Source: Hypanus sabinus
Lineage: Eukaryota
Assembly: GCF_030144855.1 (NCBI RefSeq)
Contig: NC_082736.1
Span: forward strand, 7,440,001 to 7,504,000
Reading direction: 5' to 3'
Length of the DNA stretch: 64,000 nucleotides
How positions within the stretch are numbered: position 1 is the first letter of the stretch; the number at the start of each line of letters is the position of its first letter. Under the pieces are notes generated by a model. That model saw only the letters and a program-made list of their open reading frames with translations. It was not told the DNA's origin and searched no databases. Below are positions 11,974 to 24,039 of this stretch, piece by piece. A program made the translations under genes and the position numbers.

Positions 11974-12609
11974 ATTCATACCCTCGTTTTATGCACGTTT
12001 CAGAACACACCCCGGTGAACAGAATCTCCTTGATGTTTGGTCACTGCGATACTGGAGCCTTTCACACGTGTCCTTCCCCCAGCAGAGTCTCACTTTTCTC
12101 CATCCATTCAGTCACCTATTATCTTCTAGGATTACCAAACCAGGTGCTCTCATTCCAGCCCAACTCCGTCTTCCAAGCAACATTTTCATCACAGTTACAC
12201 ATTTATATTTCTGCTTTCGTAATGCCACAGGCGGGACACGAAATGTACCTCATCCAATTCTCAAGCCATCACTCCCACTTCAATCAACTTCACTCAAACA
12301 CGGCTTCTGCATCTCCGCTCTTTCGGACGATCGCCACCTCAACTGGACATCACACGAACTGCACCACACTGAAGAATCCGACCGACAACATTCACAATCA
12401 CCTCCAGCCACACTCATGCACTTCCAGCGTCCCACTGCTCCTACCCTCAAAACTCGACTACCAATTCCACAAGTCATTTCAATCCATGGGTCACTCGAAA
12501 ATTATTATGGGCTGGCCAGGCCAGTCCATCAACGATGGAATTGCTCTCCCTCACATTTTCCCCGGTCAACCGATCACTGCAGCTTCCTGCTCTCACTCTA
12601 ACCCAGCTT

Positions 12610-13690
12610 CCCACAATGTCCTTGTAATATTTCCCTTCACTCTTTCAAACTTATTTGCATTCCTGTGAGTTGGCAAACAAAACTGCACACAATACTTCAA
12701 ATTATGCCTCACCACTGACTTATTCAACTTCAAAAAAATCCCCATCTCCTGCACATCCCCATCTCCTGCACTCCATACTTTGATATGCCAAAAGCTTTCT
12801 TTATGACACTATCTACCTTGACACCTCTTTCAACTATTATGGACATGTAATCCCAGTTCCCTTTGTTCTAGCACGCTCCCTACTTCCCCACTGTTCACTG
12901 TACCCCACGGGAGTGTAAGAACTCACGCTTCTCAGCATTAAGTTCCATCTGCCATTTTCAGCCCATTTTACCAGCTGGTCCAGATCCCACTGCAAGCTAT
13001 GATAGCGTTCCTCACTGTCCACAGCAGCCCTAATCTTGATATGAGCTGTATATTTGTGATCCAGTTCACCACGTTATCACACAGATCATTGATATAGATG
13101 ACAGATAACAATAGACCCAGCACCAATCCCTGAAACGTCTTATCCAACCCATTATGCAGGACTTTGTCAAATACCTTGCTGAAATTCATGTAGACAACAT
13201 CCACTTCCTTCCCTTTGTGAACTTTACTGATAACTTCCTTGAAAACTCTTTAAGATCAGTTGGCATTAACTACCACGCTCAAAGCCATGATGAATATCCT
13301 TAATCAGTTCATGTTTATCCAAATACTTGTAAATCCAGCCCCTCTAAACACATTCCATTTACTTTGCAAATAATGATGTCAGACTTAAGGGCCTATCATT
13401 TCCAGGTTTAATTTTTGAGCCGTCCTTAAAGAGCGGAACAACATTGCTACCCTCCAGTCCTCTGGTAGATACATCTGTTGCAAAGCATGATTTAAATATC
13501 TCTGATAGAGTTCTGGCACTCCCTGCACTTCCCTCCTGCAGAGTCCGAGGGAACACCCTGGGGATTTATCTATCCTAATTTATCTGAAGAGAGCAAACAT
13601 CTCCTCCTCCATAATCTGTATAGGGTCCATGAAATAGATGCTGCTTTGTCTCGCTTCTATAGACACTGTGTCCATCTCCTGACTGTGCAA
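12610..13690 (-). mobile_element. Degenerate CR1 ORF2 fragments
   Basis: NVVPLFKDG..KPGNDRPLSLTS, DVVYMNFSKVFDKV, QGLVLG.LL.VIYINDL motifs. Confidence 0.8.
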
Positions 13691-13885
13691 AATACAGGGC
13701 GTAGCTGGATGATGCAGCGTGGATAACTTCACTCACTTCAACCCCGAGCAACCTCTGCACACACTAGAAATGACTCTTTAACTCAGTATTATTTGTTTGT
13801 TGTAAAATAAAAATTGTGCTTGAAATGTGGAGAGGAATAGCTGCTGGAAGTGAAAGAGAAACAGACAAGCATAAGATACAAAATA

Positions 13886-13887
<2 letters not shown>

Positions 13888-13930
<43 letters not shown>
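13888..13930. repeat. (GA)n microsatellite
   Basis: About 20 GA units read directly. Confidence 0.95.
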
Positions 13931-13931
<1 letters not shown>

Positions 13932-14360
13932 TCGCAGATAGACCATCCAGCTGGACTTTGGTCTACGAAAGGAAACCAGTGCGGTCACTTTCAATTCCCA
14001 CCATTCAATACTTCACCTGTGGGCCTGGTGTCCAAGATCTTCAATATCAGGGCGCAGTAGTTCATAAGCCAGTTTCTCTTCGTGACTTTTGTCTCTACCT
14101 GTTTCTATGAAATTCTTTTAAGTTCAAACTGAGAGTAAGGAACGCTGGGAATGTTCAGGAGGCTACACCGAATGACTGGAGAGATAAAGTTAACAGTTGG
14201 AAAACCGCCCTCAGAATGGCCCAAAATGATGCTGTTTGTTCAGTGTTATTGAATATAATATGAGGTCCTGAGATCAGATACGATTCACAGCCGTACGATT
14301 GTGGGTAGGAATTGCTATTGAAGCATTTCTCTTAAACTTGAAAGCAACCTTGATTAACGT

Positions 14361-15184
14361 TGTTACGTACCCTGTAACTAGGTCACTTACCAGCGAAGAC
14401 AGAGAGGTCCATTGAAATCTGATGGTAATATTTTTTTAAAGTCTTTATTTATAAAGGGGCACAAAAATAAGATTAATATAAACATTCAGATAATATACAT
14501 CGTCACTACTCAATCTAAAAGCGTGGGTCTAATAATAACCATCAATAAGAAACAGCTCGATCGTTTGTCTAGGGGATAATATTTTGTCCGATGGAAATAT
14601 AAAAGTCACTCAGTTCCTGCAGGCTTCAGCCTTTGGGGACTGCTGGGTTTTCACTTGTTGGAGAGAGAGAGAGAGAGATTTGTGAGAAAAGAAACTTGCC
14701 CGGGTCTTTTAAGAAGCAAATCCGTTGAATCGGGAAAGTTGGTTCCCCGTTGTTAGTTCAAGAACATCGGTTCTATGGTACCTGCCACCGGCTCCCAAGC
14801 AAAGGGGAACCGAACACACGTGGCTTCCTTCAAATGGCTTCCCGCTACTACGGGATCATTAGCGTTTCTTCTGGTGCGTCTGAAGGGGTTGTTCCCCAAG
14901 ACCCTCTTTTATACTTCCTCATGGGGTCACAGATATCAATCAGGTTGGGATGATGCAATCTCTTCTCAACCAGCCCACTTTGCCCGAGGGCTTACACGTA
15001 GCATAGTCCCCAATCCAAAAACGTGGTCTCCAGGAGACAATGGTCAATGTCGCGTTATTTTGCATCACTGGGGAACGAGGTTTCCGGCATGTCTCTCTCC
15101 CATTTCCTGGGTCTACTGACCCCACCCCCCCCCCCAACTAGTGCTCTTGCAATTTTCACAAAGGAGGGGGCTGCCCTCATAACA
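14361..15184 (-). mobile_element. Solo LTR (Gypsy-like, 4-bp TSD ACGT)
   Basis: TGTTACG...CATAACA termini; ACGT at 14357-14360 and 15185-15188. TATAAAA and AATAAA on minus strand. Homologous to 30850-31710. Confidence 0.85.
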
Positions 15185-15904
15185 ACGTAATGTAGCATTT
15201 GCAAACCTGCCAGTTAACATGGAATTTCCTATTTCAGTAGAATCGGGCTGATTTCGTCCTGGACTTATATTGGGAAGGAAAGTGAGCGAGTCCTGGACTT
15301 ATATTGGGAAGGAAAGCGAGGGAGTCCTGGTGAGTATGTCCTTTTACACACTGTGGTGGTAGTGCGTGTGGTTTGGGGTTGTGTGACAGGTCAAGGTGTT
15401 TTGGGTTGTGTGGAAGAAAACGAACGTGAAAACCACAACTGACAGTGAGGAAGACGCACGTCTCTCAGCAGACAAGAACTATTCAGCATTTTCTCTGTTT
15501 CTCAGAGTATTGGGTTCATCTGTGGGTTCCATACATCAGCAAAGACATTAATTCTAAGGTGCGATATTTTAGTAATCCGATACATTGTTGAAATGGGGTT
15601 TGTTTTGTCACCCTGGTTTGGATATGGCCAAAGTGCAATGTGAGAGACACTGAAGTGGGTTGATAGTTCACAAATCTTCCATGTGAACAGTGTTCAAATG
15701 AAAGTAAATCAATAAATGCTGGGCAAAAACAGGACTAGTAACCAAAACTCTCAAACAGGTAACGGGCTCTAAAGAACATCAAATTATTGAACGAATAGCG
15801 CGAGTCTTCAAAGTCAGTTGACTCCAAAGTCCAGGTTCTCAGACAAGGCTGATGCAAAACAAAATCGAACCGTTGTTGTGCTCTGAGCAAGTCTCAAGAA
15901 GTGA

Positions 15905-17260
15905 GTCTACATCAGAGGTCAGTAAGTTGATGGAGAAGATACTGAGAGGCAGGATTTATGAAGACATCATATGATTAGGAATATTCAGCATGGCTTTGTG
16001 AAAGGCAAGTCGTGCCTTACGAGCCTGGTTGAATTTTTTGAGGATGTGACTGCACACAGTGATGAAGGCAGAGCTGTAGATGTAGAGAATATGGAATTCA
16101 GCAAGGCATTCGATAAGGAACACAATGCAAGGCACATTGAGAAAGTAAGGAGGCATGTAATCCAAGGGGACGTTGCTTCGTGGATCCAGAACTGGTTTGC
16201 CCACAGAAGACAAAGAGTGGTTATAGAGTTGGTATATTCTACATGGAGGCTGGTGAACAGTGGTGTGCCCCAGAGATCTGTACTGGGACCCCTACTCTTT
16301 GTGATTTTTATAAATGACCTGGATGAGGAAGTGGAGGGATGTGTTAGCGAATCTGCTGAAAACACAGAAGGTTGGGGGTGTTGTGGATAGTGTGGAGTGC
16401 TGTCAGAGGTAACAGCGGGACATTGATAGGATGCAAATCTGGGCAGAGAAGTGGCAGGAAGGTATGATGTGGTTCATTTTGGTAGTTCGAATATGATGGT
16501 AGAATGTAGCATTACTGATAAGACTCTTGGCAGTGTGGAGGATCAGAGGTCTGAATCCATAGGACACTTAAAGATGCTAAGCAGTCTGACATTGTGGTTA
16601 AGAAGGCATACGGTGCCTTGATATTCATTAATCGTAGGATTGAGCTTTGGAGCTGAGAGGTATTGTTGCAGCTATATAAGATCCTGGACAGATCCCACTT
16701 GGAGTATTGTGCTCAATTCTGGTCGCCTCACTACAGGAAGGATTTGGAAACCATAGAAATGGTTCAGGTGAGATTTACAACGATGATGCTTGGATTGGGG
16801 AGCGTGCCTTATGAGAATAGGTTGAGTGAACTTGGCCTTTTATACTTGGAGCGGCAGAGGATGAGAGGTGACCTGATAGAGGTGTATAAGATGATGAGAG
16901 GCATTGATTGTGTGGATAGTCAGAGGCTTTTTCCAGGACTGAAATGGCTGCCACAAGTGGACACAGGTTTAAGGTGCTGGGGAGTAGGTACTGAGGAGAT
17001 GTCAGTGGCAAGTTTTTACATTCAGAGAGTGGTGAGTGCTTGGAATGGGCTGCTGGCAACGGTGGTGGAGGCGGATAAGATAGGGTCTTTTAAAAGACTT
17101 TCAGATAGGTACATGGAGCTTAGAAAAAGCTATGTACATGGAGGTACATGGAGCTTCGAGGGCTTTGGGTAAGCCTAGTAACTTCTAAGGTAGGGACATG
17201 TTCAGCACAACTTTGTGGGCTGAAGGGTCTGTATTGTGCTGGAGGTTTTCTACGTTTCTA
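15905..17260 (+). mobile_element. CR1 LINE, 3' part of ORF2 (RT) plus 3' UTR
   Basis: QHGFVKGKSCLT, FSKAFDK, SGVPQRSVLGPLLFVIFINDLD, LEYCAQFWSPHYRKD; frameshifted. Confidence 0.92.
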
Positions 17261-19290
17261 TTATCTTAATTTGGATTAAAATGTTGACTTTGACTTATTT
17301 TTCCATAACGTTCTGTTTTCATGAAGAGGTCCAGTGATCCAGATACAACGTTATTTCACCCCAAATTATAAAAAATTATATACACAAGATTATAAAAAAT
17401 ACAAACATTAACTATTTATAAGACCGAAAGGTCAAATTAAAATGTAAATATTACTGTCTATAACACACTCAATTCCCGTGGGTGGGGGTGGGGTCACTGT
17501 TCCCGGAAATGCCCCTCTGTACCCACTGTGTTCCAATGCTCTCAGTTTCTTAGTGGCACCACTGATTGACAGTTCTCTCTGACCCCGCCTCCCGTCACGT
17601 GACACCGTGTTGCGTATGATGCCGTGTGGCGATTATGACGAGTTGAAGACACAGAGGTCCCATCGTCACCGACGTCGTTTCCATGGGAACGGTCCGGAAT
17701 GGTGGGCACGGGGTTGTGGTAAAGTGGAGTTGGTCTCTGCTTTGGGTTTCGGCTCCACTGTGGGAATCGGCCTCTCCTCTTCCTGCCCTCGGAACAGTGA
17801 GTGTCTGTCAGCGCCTCACCGCACCGGCTCTCTGCCTCAGGTACAATATTTAAACCATATTTGCACAGTTACATGGATAGGAAAGGTTGAGAGGGACACG
17901 GGCCTAATGCAGGCGGATGGGACGAGTTCAGGTCGACAACTTGGTCGGCGTGGATGAGTTTTACCGAAGGAACGGTTTCAGTTCTGTATAAATCACTGAC
18001 TCTATTCTGGGCGGTTCAACCAGGGCAGGATGTACACAGTGAATGACAGGTTCCTGAGAAGCTTTAATGAACAGAGACTTTGCGGGTTTCTGCCCCCACA
18101 CCTCCTCCGGCAGCTGATTTAGGATAGCAGCTATTCTCTGTGTGAAGTATGTACCCTTCAGATCCCCTTTATATCTGTCTTTAAACAGTTTTGTACAATT
18201 CCAATGAGAGGCAGTTCTTTGGCTGATAAGGCAAGTAGACCACACAACCCTGTCGACCTGTGATGCCACATACAGGGAACTGTGTAACAATATTAGAGAC
18301 ACATGCACAGGCAGTTCAGTGTGCAAGGCCTGGAGGGATATGAAACTAATGCAGGAAAGTGAGATTAGTATAGCTGTGCATGATGGGGAGCATAAATGTG
18401 ATGGGCCATAGGGTCTGTTTCTATCCTGGCCAACCCTGGCAACAGCAGTCCTCCACTGCAGTGGGGTTTGTTACCTTCATTCTCAGCTGTGAGCTTGTTC
18501 CACTGAACCCCTTATCCTCTGAGAAGATATTTGCACCCTTCCATTGTGACCAAGTTGTCCGCCATCTCTCCTGCTATTAACCAGTGTTCCTCACCGAATT
18601 CCCATTTAAAAGTACTGTTACTGGTGCATGAGGAATGGGTGCATTTTGATAGCCTTTTGAGGTGTTTGATTCACTATTAACCCTAATGCATTAATACCTT
18701 TGTCCAACAAAAATCCATTGTCCTGGGTTCTGAGTCTTTTAGGTAAGTCCATCCTGAAGTTCAGTGTTCCAGGTTCCCACTGAACTTTCACAGTCAGTGG
18801 TTTCTGCATGTCTATACTGACTATTGAGAATCTGTCTCCATTAACTCAGCATTGGTCTGTCTCCTACCCTGACCTAGTGATTCAAATGTTCAGCCAGATG
18901 TTCCTTAAATACCAGCCTGCACCTCTCCCTCAGGCAGTGTGTTCCAGATTGTAACCAACTTCATTTTGCAAGCCAGTTCACTTCCCACTTCAAGATTTGC
19001 TAGCCGCCTTTGCTGTCCATCATACCCCTAATCTTGGTGTCATCTGCAAACTTGCTGATACAGTTTACCACATTCTCATCCAGATCGTTTATACAGATGC
19101 AAAACAACAACGGACCCAGCACCGGGACGTTAAACCAGGGCAGGATGAACAGAGTAATGACAGGTTCCTGGGAAGTGTTCATCAACAGAGACTTTGTGTG
19201 TTTTTGCCTCCACCACCTCATCTGGCAGCTCATTTGGGATACCAGCTATTTTCTGTGTCAAATATTTACCCTTCAGATCCCCTTTAAACT
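16880..19290 (+). repeat. Block B, directly duplicated at about 61091-64000
   Basis: The CR1 3' end and its unique flank, the promoter-like module and the downstream sequence are collinear with 61.1-64 kb, with indels. Confidence 0.9.
17490..17802 (+). promoter_or_regulatory. CpG-rich promoter-like module and probable non-coding first exon
   Basis: TTCCCGGAA (17500-17508), GC box, GTCACGTGAC E-box (17594-17603), RFX X-box GTTTCCATGGGAAC (17677-17690), splice donor GTGAGT (17797-17802). Confidence 0.55.
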
Positions 19291-19789
19291 ACCCCCCTGT
19301 CACCTTACAACTGTAGCTTTAGACAGCCACACCATGGGAAACAGTCTCTGACTCTCTAACTTTTGTATGCCTCACGTAATTTTATCCACCTCCATCAACT
19401 CACCCTTCAGATTCCCTTTCAACCTCCACCCTGTCACGTCTTAGTTTCTGCCTGATTTCTCTAAATTCACTGCACAGAACACAACCCTCGTATCCCTACA
19501 TTGCTATTACCAACATGCACCGTCCACCAGGATGTCCGGCTGCTCAACCTTCCCTTTGAAATGTCCTGCAGCTGCTCCGCGACCATCGGACCATAAGACA
19601 CAGCAGCAGAATTAGGCCATTTGGCCCATCCAGTCTGCTGCCCCATTCTCCCAGGTGTAAGAGATCATGACCGATCTCTTAACCCTCTCAAACACTCTTA
19701 TCCCATCCCACCCCCCCCCCCCACACAATCGAGAACCTCCACATTCAATGTACCCAATGAATTGGTCACATCCGTCTGTGGGGATGAAT

Positions 19790-20495
19790 TCAGAGTCAGA
19801 ACCAGAATCAGGTTTATTACCACCGGCAGGTGTCAGGAAATTTGTTAATTTAGCAGTAGCAGTTCAATGCAGGACATGCTAATATATAAAGGTGGTTGCT
19901 GCTGGAATAGATTGTGCTTGGGGTGACTTGGGTCCACAATGATCCTTCAGGCCCTTTTCTCACACCTGTCTTTGAAACTGTCCTGAATATTGGGAAGCTC
20001 ACAACTACAGATGCGCTGGGCTGTCCGCAACACACTCTGCAGAGTCCTGCGATTGAGGGAAGTACAGTTCCCATACTAGGCAGTGATGCAGCCAGTCGGG
20101 ATGCTCCCAGTTGTGCCCCTGTAGAAAGTTCTTAGGATTTGGGGGCCCAGAGCAAACTTCCTCAGTTGTCTGCGGTGAATGAGGCGCTGTTGTGCCTTTT
20201 CCACCACTCAGCAGGTACGTATAGACCACGTGAGATCCTCGGGTATGTTGATGTCGAGGAATTTAAAGCTGTTTACACTCTCAACCCCAGATCCATTGAT
20301 GTCCATAGGGGTTAGCCCATCTCCATGAACAATCTGTGTGGATTATCACTAATCCGCACAGATTGTGGTCTCCCAGTTAGGAAGTCGAGGATCCATTTGC
20401 AGAGGGACCAGGTTCCATTGCTTATTGATCAGGACTGTGGAAATGACGGTGTTAAATGCTGATCTCTTGTCACTGAACAACATCCTGACATAGGC
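19790..20495 (-). mobile_element. Rex1/L2-like LINE 3' fragments
   Basis: GATTCTG-type 3' tail like that at 57-367, plus degenerate RT C-terminal region. Confidence 0.65.
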
Positions 20496-20596
20496 AGCAC
20501 AGATTCACTAGCTTTTTCGAAGGAATTTGCTCCTTACCTTTGTTCAAACCACTGACCACTGACTCGACTGGCAAGTTTATCTTTAGGAAATCCTTC

Positions 20597-21110
20597 ACAT
20601 CTGAGACGAACCTGACCCCAGTAGCCAGAAGACAACAGACCATCGTGTCATCTCTGTTGCTGCCACAGAATCTCCTGCACATCCCCTGTACTGTGAGTCT
20701 GCTGTCATCACTGCTCTGCTTGACCTTTCCTCCCGCGGAGCATCGGTCTGGGGACTCAGTACCACTGACCTGGCGTGCTGCTGTCTCTGGTTCGTCATCC
20801 CAGGGGTATCCAAAGGAGTCTACTTGTTGCTGAGGGTCACGGCCACAGGCAGACATTACTCTGTCTGTCTCTTCCCCTTTCCGTCGTGATGGTCACACAA
20901 CAGTCTGCATCCTGCCCTCAAGTGTGACCAACTCACTGAACCTCTGGTCTCAGCATCCTGGAAACTCTCGGTCTGTCCATGTCCATCTTCATTTCCTTCA
21001 CACGGTCAGTCAGGAGCTGCAACTCGGTGCACTTCCCCCATGTGAAGTTATCGGGGACACTGAGTGACTCCCACATCCTGAGGTGGAGCATGTCACTGCC
21101 GTAACTGTAA
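20597..21110 (-). mobile_element. CR1 ORF1 remnant (zinc finger/leucine zipper plus SGNH esterase start)
   Basis: PDNFTWGKCTELQLLTDRVKEM and RRFCGSNRDDTMVCCL..G.R.VSD resemble CR1 ORF1. Confidence 0.7.
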
Positions 21111-22213
21111 TTCCAGCCACTCTGATGGGGAGAGGAATTCCAAAGAAATCCTCTGACATTTGACTTCCCAGAGTACACCCACTTATCTCCCATTTCTCTG
21201 CCCACCTTTCCAGCCTGTCTATGTTCTGCTGAATCATTTGGCAACTTTCCTCACGATCCATAACTGCACCAATTTCTGTGTCTCTGCAGACCAACAAATC
21301 AGCCCTCCTTCATTTTCATCCAAATCATTTCACAAAGAGTAGAATTCCTTGTGGGCCCCACTGTTCACAGGTGTCCAGTCAGAATCACACCCCTCAACCA
21401 TTACCTTCTGTGTTCTCTGATTGAGTACATTTTGAATATATTCTACCAAATTCCTTTTGAGTCATGTGCTTCCAAGCTGTGGATCTTGTTGTGGGACTCT
21501 TGTTGAAAGCTTTACCAAAGTCCTTGTATCCTGTACCCACTACCCAGCTCTCATCAATTGAATTTGTCACTTAAAACGTTTGGCCAAGTTTGCAAGAGTT
21601 GACGTTGCCCATGCAAAGCGATATTGGCTACTCTGAAATTGTTTATGCTTTTTCAGATGCAAGCTGATCCTATCATTAAATATCTTTTCTAGTAATATCA
21701 GCAATTTATGATATCTCTACCACTAATGTAAGAGTCACCGGGGTATAGTTTTTCGTTTTGTCCCTATTGCAATTCTTAAAAAGGTGAAGAATATTTGTCG
21801 TTTTCCGCTCTGCTGCATCCTGGCCTGTAATTGAAAGAGAATCACTTTTGAGTTGGTTATTTTTTTGTCCTTATTTTATCCCTCAAGCATCAGGTTTTTG
21901 AATCATTGTTCAAAGTAAATTTATTATTGAAGTACGTATACATTATACAACTTTGAGGTTTGTTTCAAACAGGCTGTCGTGAAACAAAGAAAGCCAAAAG
22001 AACCCACTAATAAAATAAGACCATCAAACACCCAATGTGCAGAAAGAAAGACAAATCCTGCAAACAATAAACACAAGCAAATTCTGTAGCATTTTGAACT
22101 GAAATGCTCAAAGAGAGTTTGTGCACAGATGCTTAGTTCAGTGCAGAGTGGAGTAGAGAGCTGAACCGGCTTGTCCCTGGCCTCGGGCAGAACAACCTGA
22201 CCTTTTCAATCTG

Positions 22214-22871
22214 TTTATTAATTTTTATTAAAAAAAACATAACATAGTATTATATTAAATAGGTCATGAATGCATTAGACTTAGAGTTAAATTAGTAACA
22301 AGATAACAATATCTTATTAAACTATCAGCAAAAAAAGATCGTACAATAATCAAATCTATATTGATTATACATGAAAAAGATTAGAAATAATCATCAAAAG
22401 AAAAAAAAATAGAATACAAGAAAAAACTGTGTATTTATGAAATAAAAAAAATATAAAAAAATATAAACCTAAACTAACATGGGCAATAATAATAGTTTAT
22501 ATGTATATGATGGTGTCCATACCAGAACAAGAATAAAAAGAGTAAAGGTCTGGAAGAAGCCAAATTAATTCATATGAAAGTGTCGAATGAACGGTCCCCA
22601 AGTTTCTTCAAATTTAATTGATGAATCAAAAACAGTACTTCTAATTTTTTCTAAACTTAAACAAGAAATAGTTTGAGAGAACCACTGAGATATGGTAGGA
22701 GGATTTACTTCTTTCCAATTTTGTAATATAGATCTCCTGGCCATTAATGTTACAAAGGCAATCATTCGTCTAATTGAAGGGGAGAGTCGACTATCATCTT
22801 CATTTGGTATACCAAAAATTGCAGTGATAAAATGAGGATGTAAATCAATATTCCAAATTGAGGAAATGGTA
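22214..22871 (-). mobile_element. 5'-truncated L1-clade LINE with 15-bp TSD
   Basis: ORF2 C-terminus ARRSILQNWK...PTISQW...LEKI...FEETWGPFI and A-rich tail. TSD GACCTTTTCAATCTG at 22199-22213 and 22872-22886. Confidence 0.88.
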
Positions 22872-23201
22872 GACCTTTTCAATCTGGCCCCACGTCTAAC
22901 TCGTTTTCCAAACATTGGGTTCAGTCGCTTTGATACAATCTGGGGCCTGGTCCCCGCCACTTCGATTTGGTCTGTAACTGACTTTTCCATTTCAGCCCAG
23001 AGTTTAATCAACCGTACTTAGGGTCTTCCTCACTTTCTGTGACGTCGGTTCTGCCACATCAAATTGCCTCCAAGTTGAAAGGGAAGTTACAGGCTATTTG
23101 TCTACCAGAAAAACCAGCTTACCTTAAACCAGAACCAGCGGCGATAACTCCATTTAACTTCACTTAACTCACCACAGTACTGCTTCGCACAATCTATCAA
23201 T

Positions 23202-23873
23202 ACACACAAAATGCTGGTGGAACACAGCAGGGCAGGCAGCATCTATTAGGAGAAGCACTGTTGACGTTTTGGGCCGAGACCCTTCGTCCGGACTAACTGA
23301 AAGGAAAATACTAAGAGATACTCAACTCTCTACTGTCAAGATGAAGCCACACTCAGGTTGGAGGAACAACACCTTATATACCGGCTGGGTAGCCTCCAAC
23401 CTGATGGCATGAACATTGACATCTCCAACTTCCGTTAATACCCCTCCTCCACTTCTTACCCCGTCCCTGATATATTTAGTTGTTTATCCCCCTCCTTTTG
23501 TTTTCTCTCTTTCTGCCCATCACTCTGCCTGTTCTCCATCTCCCTCTGGTGCTCCCCTCCCCCTTTGTTTCTCCCTAGGCCTCCCGTCCAATGATCCTTT
23601 CCCTTCTCCAGCTCTGTACCCCTTTTGCCAATCTCCTTTACGGGCCTTAGCTTCAACCCACCCCCTCGGTCTTCCCCTATCATTTTGCATTTTCCCCTCC
23701 CCCTGCTACTTTCAAATTTCTTGCTATCTTTCCTTTCAGTTAGTCCTGACGAAGGGTCTCCGCCTGAAACTTCGATAGTGCTTCTCCTTATAGATGCTGC
23801 CTGGTCTGCTGTGTTCCACCAACATTTTGTGTGTGTTGCTTGAATTTCCAGCATCTGCAGATTTCCTTGTGCC
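23202..23873 (+). mobile_element. Penelope-like insert: inverted pLTR, GIY-YIG C-terminus, pLTR; 14-bp TSD
   Basis: QDEATLRLEEQHLIYRLGSLQPDGMNIDIS. Hammerhead-like CTGACGA...GAAAC at 23746-23770. TSD CACAATCTA(T/C)CAAT at 23188-23201 and 23874-23887. Confidence 0.85.
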
Positions 23874-24039
23874 CACAATCTACCAATTCACTTTCAAGGA
23901 TTCTGCATCTCATGTTCTCTATTTATTTAATTATGACATTATTATTTTCTCTCTTGTATTTACACAAGTTATTGTCGTTTGCACATTGGTGATTTGGCCA
24001 CCCTGTTGGGTGTGGTCTTTCTTGGATTTACTCAGTTAG

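Noticed and set aside
11936-12668. Two overlapping ORFs of 221 and 225 aa next to the tRNA
   Set aside because: C/A-skewed sequence is naturally poor in stops; the translations are S/H/P-rich with no recognisable domain, and one overlaps the tRNA antisense.
15257-15335. 34-bp tandem duplication (GTCCTGGACTTATATTGGGAAGGAAAG...) as a CRISPR-like or functional array
   Set aside because: Only two units, no spacers, eukaryotic context; simple local duplication.
17607-17957. 116/115-aa ORF conserved in blocks B and B'
   Set aside because: Similarity is explained by recent duplication, the 3' part runs into CR1-derived sequence, and there is no domain resemblance.
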